A stretch of 58,530 nucleotides of DNA, the filler included, from Malassezia furfur (Eukaryota): the NCBI GenBank assembly GCA_052055015.1. It is 2 parts of 2 records of this genome, joined end to end, with 100 filler letters (N's around TTAATTAATTAA, not from the genome) between each part and the next. Parts side by side here need not be neighbours in the genome. Positions count along the whole stretch, not along the records: positions 29,331 to 58,530 come from JBQJIT010000107.1; 1 more part is not named here. One strand, 5' to 3'. A program made the translations under genes and the position numbers. The notes beneath the pieces were generated by a model. That model was not told the DNA's origin, ran no database searches, and was given only the letters and a program-made list of their open reading frames with translations. This document shows positions 34,004 through 46,866 of this stretch, in pieces; the first letter of the stretch is position 1, and the number at the start of each line of letters is the position of its first letter.

Positions 34004-34196
34004 GCAAGACCGGAACCTTAGAGAGAATTTGGCGCCGCACAAGTCCCTGGAGCGGGGCTCCGCCGGCGTGCCATAGTTCCTACCCCAAGTTCGCTTTGTA
34101 ATCCGCGCGTATTTCCCTCGCCACCCCATTTCACGCCGCGCCCGATCGATTTTCGGGTGCTCCCGTCGTGCTAGAGCCACGCGTCGCGAAGTGGTG

Positions 34197-35469
34197 ATGG
34201 AGACGCACGCCGCACCGACGGCGGCGCCACGCGATGCTGCATTTTCGTTTGTGTGTCTCGGAGTGGGCGGTGGGCCCCTCGAGACCAACTGCTCGGGCTA
34301 TCTAATGAAGCCCGCAGACCGTGCCTGGAGCGATGGCACCACGCTACTGGAAGCAGGTACGTCGGACCCCCGCGTCGCGCAGCGTACTTACCGCGCAGGC
34401 TCATGGCTCGGCGCCCTCGCGAATATGCTAAATGAGCCAGAGCACGCCTTCTACGATGCGTCCTTCCCCGAGTGCAGTGCCGAGGGCAAGGCCGAGTTGG
34501 TGAACACATGGGTGCGCCAGGCCCTCATTTCGCACGGCCATCTCGACCACATCTTCGGCCTGGTGCTCGCCTCAGCGGTGCAGCGTGTGCAGCGCCCCGT
34601 GTACGGTCTAAAAGATACGCTTGAAACGATCCTCGGCATATTCAATGGGCGGTTATGGCCCAAACTTGCCTCGTACGATGCGAGCAATCCAATGGCCCAC
34701 TACCACCTGCGCCCGTACGTCTCTGCACACGCTCACACAGCATGGACATCGGCAAGGTTGTTCCGCTTGACAATGGTCTCACGGTGCGCGCATTCCCCAT
34801 CAGCCACGGCGCGTCGCTCATCTCGGACGACACCGCCAACTTCTCCACGATCCGCACCGCCTCGCATTTCCCTGCGGTGTGTGGCCCCCTATCGGGCCAC
34901 CTATCGACCACGGTATCGACCGCATTTGTATTCACACACACACACAAGGACTGCGACGTGCTGTTCATGGGCGACGTCGAGCCTGATACGGTGAGCGGCA
35001 GCAGCCTCAACCGCCACGTCCTCGAGGCGGTCGCTCCGCGTGCGGCGCAGGGTAAGCTGCGCGCCGTGTTCCTCGAGTGTAGCTACAGCTCGTCGCAGCC
35101 GAACGAGTTCCTGTTTGGGCACCTGACGCCCAAGCACCTCTATGCCGAGCTCCATACGCTCGCCGAGTGCGTGCGCGTCGAGCGCGGTGCCAAGGATACC
35201 AAAGGCATACTGCGCGGCGTGAAATGCGTCGTGATCCACGTCAAGGACATGATGCTTCCCGGCGTCGGTGTCCCGTGCCGTGTCCCGTCCAGCAAGGCGC
35301 TGGACGGGCTGGGGGCGAACGAGCCGCCGGCGCTGCCGATCGACCTGCGCACGCAGATCGCGGCGGAGCTGGCCTCGCTGGAGGCCGAGGCGCAGCTCGG
35401 TGTCGAGCTGATCATCGCAAAACAAGGACTGCGTATTGGTATGTGCGACGTGCTCACCCAGAATGCTAG
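34197..35469 (+). CDS. PDE1: Class II (low-affinity) cAMP phosphodiesterase; introns 34357-34398, 34715-34740, 35439-35461
   Basis: LGVGGGPLETNCSGYL, EAGS, ISHGHLDHIFG, IFNGRLWP, FMGDVEPD, FLECSY, LFGHLTP and HVK motifs. Confidence 0.9.
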
Positions 35470-35552
35470 TGGCGGTCCCTTCTGTATACTAGTACATCAT
35501 CGCCCGGTTCCATAGCGGCCAGCGCCACCAGACAATGTAACCTGCTGTGTCT

Positions 35553-38548
35553 TTACTGCCTCCCGAGGCCCTCGGGCGGCACATTCCGCAGCGGGCGCTG
35601 CTGGAAATCGGCCGTGGTCTGCATCACCGTGTTGCCCCACCACGATAGCTTCCACCGGTCGTCGGACGGCAGCTGGATCACAAAGAAGATGAGCAGCTCC
35701 GAAATAATCGTCCCTGCGTCGAGTGCGTTCGCCGTGACAAAGTTGTACTTGGACCACCACCGGAAGTTGTGCCTCCGCAGGTAGTACTGGAACACGAAGG
35801 CCACGATGAAGAATGCGGTAAAGTTGATGCTCGTTGACGCGGGCATCGCCGCGGCCCCGGCGAAGAAGACGGGTACACTGGCGTAGCGCAGCCAGGAGCG
35901 GGGGTAGCGCCGCTTGACGAGCCATACGAGTACGGGCAGGACCGCCCCGACAAACAGGCCGTACAGGATGAAGCGGTAGTAGTGCTCCGTAAAGATGCGC
36001 TGGGGACCAATTACGCCCCACATCATCGACGACGTGAAGAACACGTTGACCGATTGGCACGTCAGATGGTATTCTTGGTTCGGCAGGCACAGGTCCGGCA
36101 CGAGCGACACCATGAGATGCTTCACGCCGAGCTGCACACACACCACGGCGAGAGCGCCGACCAGCTGCACGGCGTACACTGCGCGCGGCGGCAGCTTCAT
36201 GTAGTGCCCCACCTTCATGTCCGACGTGTAGCCCAGGCTGCTGATCAGCGTCTGCACCGTGAGCGTTTTGAACAGCAGGAACGCCTTGGGGTGGCCGTTC
36301 AGCAAGTAGCCGGCAATGATGTCGCCGACGATGTTGGTGCCGATCATCTGCCCACTCAGCGCATACACGTAGCCGCTAGGCAGCGCATACAGCGCCGGGA
36401 TCACGAGCGCGAGCAGGATGAGCGCGGGCGTGATGGACAGCTCCGAGTAGTCCAGCACAATCAGGATCGCGATCAAACACACCACCACGAGCCACTGGTA
36501 CCACCACACGGGCACTGGCTTGTAGCGCCGCATGAGCTTGGCATGAATGTCGTCAGGCGCGCGCGGCCGGAAGCCCAGGCTACGCAGGAAGTCGCTGCCG
36601 TGGTTGCAGATCGCGTGTGCAAACACGGCGGTGACCGTCATGAACCCGGAAAAGTAGGACAACACAAAGGTCGCCGGCAGGTAGATGGGCGAGTAGGCTT
36701 CGTAGCTCTCCTGGTCGAACTTGAACGAGGACATCTCGATCACGCGCTGCGACTTGTACGCCTTGCCGAACCGGTCAAAGGCGCGGCCCATGTTGAAGGG
36801 GAAGTAGGACAGGTTCATGGTGTTGGAGAAGTAGAGGGCCGGCGCCAGGATCCACATGAACAGCACAAATCCGCCAAAGATGTTCATCTCGGCCCACCAC
36901 GGTGTGACGAGCGGCGAGCCGAGATAGGAGGCCTGTGTCCAGTCGAACGTCATGCTCGTGAGGCCCATGCCGTACACGCCCGTCACGATGTTGGCCGTGA
37001 TGTTCTCCTTGGCGATCCAGCACACCCAGCACATCTGCGACAGGGCATTGAAGAAGAAGTTCGGCAGGAAGTTGTACACGCACGCGCCAACGCCCGTGTA
37101 CACAAACCAGCGGAGGCGCGAGATGCCCTGGTCCGACGGTTCTTCTTCTGCGTGCAGCGTGTTGAGGATGGTCGAGGTGACCAATGTCTGCGGCCATACC
37201 ATGTCGGCTGGCCACACCAGGAAGCGGTGCAGGAAGCCCGCGATTCCAAAGCCGGTCACCTGGCTGCAGATGGCAAAGATGAACTCAAACACGGGCTCCA
37301 CGGGCGAGTTGTAGTAGTGCGGCAGCTCGGTCACGAGCAAAAAGTTGATCGCGTACGCCTGCGAGATGGTGATGTTGATCATGATGGTGATCAGCGCGTG
37401 CTCCTTGATGTTGAACGCGCCCGGATTCAGGGTGAAGCGGAAGCCTCCGAGCCACCACGGGAGGTAGTACTCGTCGATCGGCAGCACGTACGCGAGAAAC
37501 TTGCCCATGAAGTAGGCGAGCAGCTGCAGCACCACCGGCGAGAGCAGCGGCGACGGGAAGCGTAGCGACAGGAACGTGTTCACTGCGCCGCCGACGCACG
37601 AGAGCAGCAGCGCCAGGAACCACATGCGCAGCGTCACGGCCGGCATGCTCGGGTCGTCGATGTTGGACACCGACGCACGCACCTCGGCGTACGGCGAATC
37701 TTCCTCGGGGTCAATGTCCGGGTCGGGCTCGACGTAAGGGTCGTGCGGCTCGGCGGCAGGGTCGCGCTTGCCGACGACATGCAGCGGGAAGGAATCTGCA
37801 TCTTCGGGGGTGTATTGGAAGCGTGAGCGCGGGCGCGCCGTCATGTCGCCCACAACGCTGTCGATAGCGATTGAGTGCGCCGTCGACGGCACATCCGAAT
37901 ACTCGCCCACGGACTTGGTGCGGTGCAGCGACACGGCCGGAATGCGGTCCGAGTAGCGTATGTCATTCGGCATTGCGGCATCGGTCTCGTACCTGTCCCA
38001 CTCAAAGGTGTCGCGAGACGACGCCGGCTCGTGTCGTGCCGAGCTGGGGGTGAGCGTTTTCCCGTCGCGGCTCTCGCCGTAGCGGCTGAAGCTATCGGCC
38101 CACGAGAAGCGGTCGAAGAGCGGCTGCTTGGCCGAGTCGCGTACCGACTCGGCCTGGTCGAATGCTTCGTCGTCTTCGTACGCGTCGGTTTCGTCGCGGG
38201 GCAGGTCGAACGATGTCGTGCGCGTGTGGTCCCAGAAGGGGTTGTGCGGCGCGTGCTTCTCGCGCGCGACGCTCACCGATGCTGTGTAAGGCGCCGGATG
38301 TTAGGGTACGTACGAGGCACAAAGGCAAACACGTCATCCTCGTCGTCGTCGTCGGCGGGGAGCAGGTCACTGGCATTGGAATGCGTATAAGCGTGGCTCG
38401 CGACCGACACGTCTTCGGGCACATTGGCGTCATCGGACGGTGGACGGTCCAGGCCAGGATGCCTATGACGCGCTGTGACTGGCCGAGGGGCCGCGCTCTT
38501 GGAGTAAGAGTTGGAGTAGCCGTGGCCCGGCGCACCCGGCGACCCCAT
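35553..38548 (-). CDS. OPT-family oligopeptide transporter; intron 38282-38313
   Basis: EEDSPYAEVRASV, LNPGAFNIKEH, DMKVGHYMKLPPR and WWSKYNFV...ALDAG signatures. The N-terminal exon (MGSPGAPG...) is joined in frame by a 32-nt intron. Confidence 0.93.
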
Positions 38549-38604
38549 AAGCACAAAGGAGGGGCGTCGGTCGGACGGCAGGAAATACACCTCCACACTA
38601 CGGC

Positions 38605-41600
38605 CTATGGGTCCTGGTCCATGGCCAGCGGCTCGGCGCTGGCGTGCGCGGCGGCGGGGGTGTCGTGCGTGTCGTTGCCGCGCCACGGAATGGTCGTCGT
38701 GTCGAGCAAGGAGCGCGCTGGCCCAAACTCGAGTGTGCGGGGCTCGCGCGGTGGCTCGTGCGGCAGCAGCGCCGAGTTGATCGATGCACACGTCTCGTTC
38801 GACAGCAAGTCGGCGACGGGCTGCGCGACGTCGCGGCAGGTGTGGTGCCGGAGCGCAGCGACCAGCTGGCGAAGCGCCGGGGGATGCTCTGCGTCGGGGT
38901 ATAGGTCGGCGGAGTGCCACACCTGGCGCACGGTGCGCGCCAGCGCGATGCGGACGTCCACCACCGGGTCGTGTGCGAGGCGCACGAGGTGGTGGAGGAT
39001 GAGCGACTCGAAGCGCTCGTGCGAGAGGCCGTGCGCAACGAGGGCGTTGACGACGTGCAAGAACGTGACGCGCTGGCGGTAGGCCGCGGCGTCCACCAGG
39101 TCGCACAGCATGCTCAGGAAACCATCGGCGATCGCCTCGTCGTGGGCCGAGAAGGTGGTGTACACCACCGGCACGGCGTGTACGCCCACGTCGCGCAGCG
39201 CATTTACCGGGTCGTTGAGCGCGAGGAGCAGCAGCGTGACCAGGCACCCGTCCTCGTCGGCGAGCAGCAGCGATGGGGCCAGCGCCGGGATGTGCTTGGC
39301 GACGCTCTCACGCAGGCGCCAGTCGTGCGAGTACTGCGAGAGCCACAGCATGGGGAGCTGCTTGAGCTGCGCCTTGGCCGACTCGGTGGGGATGCGGAGC
39401 CAGAACTCGTCGATGTGCTCGAGGAGCGTCGCGGTGACGTCGGTGCAGGTGTCGCGCAGCAGCATCTCTGCGACCGGCACCAAGTCGCGGTTCGCCGCCT
39501 CGGCGCCGATCAGCTTGGCGATCTCGTGCAGCGATGCACCCAGCGAGTTGCGAACATTTTCGGAGGTGTGGTGCGTGAGGCGCAGGTAGAGCTCGCGCAG
39601 CGTCTCCCACTGCGCGGCGCCCATCGTCAGCACCACGGCGGGGAAGTTGAAGGCGACGATCAGCGACTTGTCTGCGTTGCTCAGCAGGTCGCCGGTCTCG
39701 TCCTCCGGCGCGCCGTCCTTGGGTGGCTGCATCGGCTGGCCCAGGAAGAGGTGCACAAGCTCCGGCGGAACGCCCGCAGGGTCCTCGTGGAAGAGGTAGA
39801 TCACCTCGCCGATCATCTCGAACGCGGCGAGCTGCACGTTCGGCGACACGTCCTGGTTGAGCGCACGCATGATGATCACCAGGTCGCGCCGCCGGTCGGC
39901 GCCCGCGGGCTGCAGCGAGAAGATGCCAGGCAGCGAATAGCAGGCCGCCTGGCGCACCTGCCACACGTGGTCGAGCAGCACACGGTTCACCGCAGTGAGT
40001 AGACGCTGTGGCGCATCGGTCGTGGCGTAGTCAAACGCGTTCTCGCCCTGCTCCGCCGTCTGTGCGACGAGCGCCTTGCCGATGATACCGATCGCTGCGG
40101 CGACCTCCTTGCGTACGAAGAATGCGGGGTCCAGCGGCCAGTTGGTAATCTCGGGCACGACGCGCAGCGCAAGCTGCTCGATGGTGAAGCCGCCCTCGAC
40201 AGTGATGGCCGCGAGCAGGTTGACCGACATCATGCGCCCGAGCGCCGACTCCTCGTCGTAATTCCCGTGCTCCAACGAGCGGCCAAGCAGGCCCTCGGAT
40301 GCGGCGCCGAGCGAGGTGCTCGGCGCGGACTGCTTGTCGGCCGCCTGCTCGTCGCTCTGCAGCGAGCGCGCGTCGTTCGCAGGGTCGAAGCGCGAGATGG
40401 CGATCGCAACGTTGTCAAACAGCTCGTTCAGCACCGCCTCGCGCGCGGCGCGTCCAAACTCGTACGGCGCAAGCGGCACCATCTTACCCTCACGCGCGGT
40501 ACCCTGCACGATCAGGTCGGTCGTGCGGACCTCGTCGGCGTTCGCGAGCGCCTCGGGGCTGCTGTCCGACGGCATGCCATCAACCGCCTCGTCAAACTGC
40601 TTGGTGCGCAGGAAGTACTCGACAATCGACGCCTGCGTCGCACCCGACACGGCCGAGTTGGGGTTGAGCAGCAGCGAGCACAGCAGCGGCGTGAAGATGC
40701 CCACCGGCAGCTTGGGGCGGGGGATGATCTCCTCGTCGCTGCGCGGCTCCGGCGGCGCCTCGCCGAGCTCGGCCAGCGGGCAGTTCCGGAAAAAGAACCA
40801 CATGAGCCGCCCGAGCTCAGGCGCAAACACCGCGCTCACCTCGATCTCGTCCGTAGCCAGCTCGTTGAGCAGCGGGATGACATACTCCACCGCGTCGGTC
40901 AAATCCACTTCGCGGATCCACTCGGCCAGGCACCGCGACACCAGCACGCGGTGGTACGCCATGTCGCTCTTGGCAAACAAAAAGATGCGCTCCAGGCTGC
41001 TCAGCCCCTCGTCCAGCGACTCGGTCTCGGGCAGCGTCGGGCTGTCCGTCACCACAGGGTCAAGCGCGGGCTCTTGGACAAACTCGGCCATCGGCGTGTC
41101 CTCCATGTCGTCGAGCCCACGTGCGGCAAAGGGGCCCATGGCCTGCTTGGGCGACACATCGCGCGACACTTCGTCCTCGGCATCGGCGTCGTTACTAGTG
41201 TCCTCGTCCTCGATCGCCTCGCGCTGGTACGAGGCATCTTTTGCGTGCCGCGGCGCATCTGCATGGCCCGATGTCGCGGCCGCCTGGCGCGCCATCTGCC
41301 AGTTGCGCAGGCGCGCACTACTGTCCTCGGCGTCCTCGTCGTCGTCCTCGTTCGCGTTACCGTCGGCCTCCGTCTCGGAGCCAGAGCCGGAGCTGCTCAG
41401 CCCCGAGCCGTTCGAGCCGTCCGTCTCGGAACGCAGCGAGTCGGAATCGTCGCTCAGCGAGTAGCCCGACCGGGGCGGGAGCGCAATGTTGCTCCGCACT
41501 TTCGGGGGGCTGTCGGGGGGGTTGCTCGACACCGCATGCGACGCATGGGGCGAGCCGCGTGGCGACGTCGACATGCTGGATGCAACCGATCCCGCACCGG

Positions 41601-42386
41601 ACGGCGACGATTGGCCTGCATCGCCCACCACAGGCGGCGATGCGCTCAGCGACAGAGAAGACAGCCGAGGGAAACCGAGATTCACCTTATCTGCCGGGCT
41701 TTCCCCACTCGGCGACAACACAGGCGAGCCTTGGGAGCCGGTAGCACCCGCGGGGCTGTTTGCCGCCCCTGGCGATAGGCTCGAGCGTATGGGCGGCGAA
41801 TCCACCCAGATCGAGTTGACCACATCGGGCGCCATGCTGGGGCCACAGGGTGCCTGCTCTTCGGCCGCCTGCTCCAGTGCATTCTCAACAAGCGGCGAAG
41901 ATATCCGCGCGTTGGTCGACGCACTAAACTGGCCCTCGGGCCACATACTGCCGCTGTGCTGGATCCAGTTACCGCCCGGCGGCGAGCTGGCCGTGCCGCC
42001 GAGCGACGAGCCCACCGATGGTTTGCGTCCGAGCGACCAGGTCACACTGAACGGCGGGCTGTACGTCGGCGACGTCGCCGCATGTCGACTTTCGTGATAC
42101 CTCCGCGCGCTGGCCGACTGGGGCGAGCTCGGCGAAGAAGATAGGGCGCGGTCACTCGAATCATACACTGTGCGGTGTGAGCCGTGCGAGGCTATGCCCG
42201 GCTCTCCTCGACCTTCGCGGCGGGGGCGCTGAATGGGGATCGGCTGCGGCACGGCGTGGCCCGCGCCGTGTCGGTCAGCGTCGCCGTCGGACGGCGATTT
42301 CTTGGAAGTTTCTGAGGAATCTGCAGTATGGTCAGCATATGTCCAAGAATCTTGTTGCAATACGAACCTTCATGGGTGTTGGCCAT
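38605..42386 (-). CDS. HEAT-repeat protein, PP4 regulatory subunit 1 / PP2A-A-like, with a long Ser-rich N-terminus; intron 42321-42367
   Basis: LSSLERIFLFAKS, DPAFFVRKEVA, DHVWQVRQAAC, VAFNFPAVVLTMG...W, VRNSLGASLHEIAKLIG, DWRLRE and DPVVDVRIALA. Confidence 0.8.
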
Positions 42387-42448
42387 GATTGTATCGTTTT
42401 GGGCAGGTCACAAACACTGCCCACGCTTGCTTCCCGCAAACAGGGAAG

Positions 42449-42461
42449 AAAAAAAAAAAAA
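42449..42461. promoter_or_regulatory. A13 poly(dA:dT) tract about 60 nt upstream of the HEAT-repeat gene; probable nucleosome-disfavouring element
   Basis: 13 consecutive A in an otherwise GC-rich window. Function inferred. Confidence 0.5.
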
Positions 42462-42852
42462 CAAGATTAAAGGGGCCGGATCTGTCCAAAACAATGCACA
42501 GCGCACAGTCACTGGACTGGGTATATGAGCTGCGTCACAGCAAGCAGCAAGTCGTTGCCTGCGTCCGCGGCCGTGCCGGACCTAAAAAAGCCGATTGTCA
42601 CACCAAAGCCTTCTTGGCGACCCAAGTTATGCGGCAGCAAATCGGGTGGGCGCGCAAATTTGATCTTAATCTCCCTTGTCCCGCTGGCCCTCCACATGTG
42701 CGCGTCAGGGCTGGCCGCGTGCCGAGTACAGGTGCACAGGGTGGGGTAGCGAGTGCTAGGTGCACACAGCGGCACGCCGTGTATGCGTGTCGGAATCAAA
42801 TCACACGCGTACTATGGAGGAATCGAAACGAGAGGCATGTACATACTAGATA

Positions 42853-43425
<573 letters not shown>

Positions 43426-43439
43426 TCACGTTCGTCGAG

Positions 43440-45339
43440 ATGGCGCCCAGTGTAGGTATTCTGTATGCTCACGACAGCCGGTGAAAGGCAGCCGCGTAGC
43501 CGGCGGCAAAATGCTGCGTAGCCGTGCGCGCACGGCGACAATCGATGAATCGGTCGCGAAAAAGATCAAGGAGCACCAGAGCGAGCTCGTGAAGCAGAAG
43601 CAAGAAGAGGGCCTGAAGCGCTTCAAGGGCGAAGACGGTGGCGGGCGCGACACGAACGAAGAGGTGTTCAAAAAGTACGAGAGCTACCGCCGCGAGAGCC
43701 AGCTGCCTACCAAAGTGGAAGACCTTCGAGTACGTTGCGCACCACGACTGACTTGAGATCCTCGTCGACCAGCGCGCGCAGTCGCTGATTCTTCCGATCA
43801 ACTCGTACGCTGTGCCGTTCCACATCAAGACGGTTAAGAATGTGAGCAAGTCGGACGAGGGCGAATACACCTACCTGCGCATCAACTTTGTGACACCCGG
43901 TCAGCTGTCGGGCAAGAAGGACGACGTCCCCTTTGACGACCCGGACGCGACCTTCATCCGCAACATCAGCTACCGCTCGACGGATGCGCGTCACTTTGAT
44001 GACGTTTATAACGAGATCACCGAGATGCGGCGCATTGCGTCCAAGCGCGAGGCGGAGCGCAAGGAGATGGCCGACGTCGTGGAGCAGGACCAGCTCATTC
44101 TCAGCAAGGCGCGGCCCCTCGTGTTGCCAGAAGTCTTCCCGCGCCCGGCGCTGGAGGGCAAGCGTCTCCACGGCTCGCTCACCATCCATCAGAATGGTGT
44201 ACGATTCATGTCGCCGTTGCGGCAGGACCAAAAGATCGATATCCCCTTCAGCAACGTCAAGCATCTCTTCTACCAGCCATGCGACAAGGAGCTCATTGTG
44301 CTCGTCCACTTCCATCTGAAGTCGCCCGTGATGATCGGGAAACGCAAGACGCGTGATATCCAGTTCTACCGCGAGGCGTCCGACGTGCAGTTCGACGAAA
44401 CGGGCAACCGCAAGCGTCGCTACCGCGCGGGCGACGAAGACGAGATTGAGCTCGAGCAGGAAGAGCGGCGCCACCGCCACATGCTCAACAAGGAGTTCAA
44501 GCACTTTGCGCAGCGGATCGCTGATGCGTCCGACGGCCGGCTGCAGGTCGACATTCCGTACCGCGAGCTGGGTTTCAACGGTGTGCCCTCGCGTGCGAGT
44601 GTACTGCTGCAGCCCACGACGGACTGCCTCGTGCATTTGTCGGATCCGCCGTTCCTGGTCGTTACGCTGTCCGAGCTCGAAATCGTGCACCTGGAGCGTG
44701 TGCAATACGGCCTCTCGTCCTTCGACATGGTCTTTGTGTTCCGCGACTTTTCGCGGCCTCCTTTGCACATTAGCAGTGTGCCGAGCTCGTCGTTGGATGA
44801 TGTGAAGCAATGGCTTGAGTACGTTACTGCCACACTGACCCTTAGCTCAGTTGACGTGTGCGTCACAGAGGGCGCCGTCAACCTTAATTGGAGCGCAATC
44901 ATGAAGACGATCAATGAGGGTACGTGGGGAGATACGTGGGAGCTCACACAGACCCGTATGCCTTTTTCCAGGAGGGCGGATGGGAGTGTACGTTTTGCCG
45001 TGTGACTGACCCACAGTCCTCCAAGCTGATGGCAGCGGCAGCGAGGAAGACTCAGAGAGCGAGGCCGAGTCGGAGTTCGACTCGGATCTCGCCGGCGACC
45101 AGCAGGAGTCGACTGACTACTCGGAGAGTGGCTCCAACTTTGGCGCCTCGGAAGAGGACAGCGAAGAAGGCTCCGAGGGCTACGACGACAGCGAAGAAGG
45201 CGAGGACTGGGACGAGCTCGAAGCCAAAGCGGCGCGCGACGATCAAAAGAAGCGCCAGGAGCGGGGCGACGGCAGTGGCAGCGAGGACGACGACGTCAAG
45301 CCGAAGAAGAAGAAGAAGGGCGGCTTTGGTAAACTGTAG
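43440..45339 (+). CDS. SPT16: FACT subunit Spt16 lacking the N-terminal peptidase-like domain (585 aa predicted); introns 43452-43477, 43730-43757, 44819-44845, 44920-44951, 44988-45016
   Basis: [76 protein letters not shown] and [14 protein letters not shown], then an acidic tail and KKKKK. Confidence 0.93.
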
Positions 45340-45656
45340 CGACTTCTACGATAGAGGCAAACGCATACAACGGCGTTGCTCACGTACTCGAGCGTGCCGC
45401 GGACGCGTACACACCGTGCGTGCCCGTCTACGCCGCGCTGCGCGCAGTGCCTCCGACCGCGCACGCATGGGTCGCGTCATTCGGTTGCTTATTCGTCATT
45501 TGCTCAAATTGATTCGTCACGCGTGGTCCAATCGCGCACCGGAATTTACCAACGCCGACACCGTGGCCTAGCGGCCTGTCCAGCAGCCGGGCGCACGCCA
45601 AGGCTAAGAAACGAGAGCGAGAAAGCCAGTGCTATCGTTACGCGAATACGACACTA

Positions 45657-46619
45657 TTAACCGACAACAATCTGAAAGTGTTAGCTTCCGTAGGATGGAT
45701 CGTCGACATACCTTGTTCTCGTCGTCGTTAAAGTCGTATTCAGGGATCTCCAGGTTCAGAGGAGCAGGGCCCTTGCGAATGCGGCCACTGATGTCGTAGT
45801 GGCTACCGTGGCAGGGGCAGAACCAGCCGTCGTAGTCGCCAGCCTCACCGATCGGCACACATCCCAGATGCGTGCAGACACCAATCATGACAAGCCACTC
45901 GGGGCGCTTGACACGCTGAGCGTCCGTCTCCGGGTCGCGGAGCTTGCCCACATCCACGTTCTCGGCCTCCTTGATCTCATCAGGGGTGCGGTGGCGGACA
46001 AACACGGGCTTGCCGCGCCACTTGATGATGGCATTTTTACCCTCGGGGATGTTAGCCATGTCGACCTCGACCTTGGCAAGCGCAAGGACATCGCTCGAGG
46101 CGCTCATCGTCGACAGGAAGTTGGTAACGGTCGAACGAGCGCTCGCGGTAGCCAGGGCACCGAAGCTACCGATTAGAAAGTAGGAGAAAGCACGGTGTGC
46201 CTCGGGGGACTTGGGGCGGTATTGGCTGAAGTCAGGGGTCTCGAGAGCACGGGACGTGGTCGAGAAGGCGCGGACAGGGACCATGGATGCACCAGAGACC
46301 TTGGCTGAGAGTAAGCAACACACCCGTCTAACATACCATTCACCGGCGTGCGCGACAGCACGTTCTGGCCACGAACGCTGTATTTGCTGGTCCACGAGGG
46401 AAGCACATCGATGTCCGCACGAGGGCCAGTGCTCTCGTGGGCGTGCGGGTCCTTCGGCGCCTGGACGTTGAGGTTCAGGCCGCGCGCCAGAGGGACACCC
46501 GTCGCGCCGTACTGGGCGGTCGGACTGCGGTTAGTACGCTGGCAGGCGCTGGGCTCTACCTACCCGACGTTAATGGCCCGGCGCGACACGAGACTCCGAG
46601 AAAAAGCGGCAGAGGACAT
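45657..46619 (-). CDS. RIP1: Rieske iron-sulfur subunit of cytochrome bc1; introns 46525-46563, 46305-46336, 45672-45711
   Basis: MSASSDVLALA, KWRGKPVFVRHRT, CTHLGC, CPCHGS and GPAPLNLEIP. Ends IVVG*. Confidence 0.95.
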
Positions 46620-46866
46620 CACGATTCACACGCGGTAAAGGTGAAAACTTTGCCGAACGGCGGCGTGTGGTAATCAAAGAAAGGCCCAACGGTTACGGGA
46701 GCAATTCCAACTGCAACTTCGGTCGAGTGCCCGGCGCTTCCCGGCAGTTTGTCAGCAACGCACGTGACCTACCAGATTTGGACCCCGAGGCGCGGCTCCA
46801 CGCGGGATTGGCGCTGAGAAGTCTCCGCAGGAAGGTTGCTGCGCCTCCCCATTCTGACTCGACCTT

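Noticed and set aside
29279..34288. 1669-aa minus-strand ORF
   Set aside because: Antisense shadow of the strongly GC3-biased GLT1 CDS. No recognisable domain, and it ends in the artificial linker.
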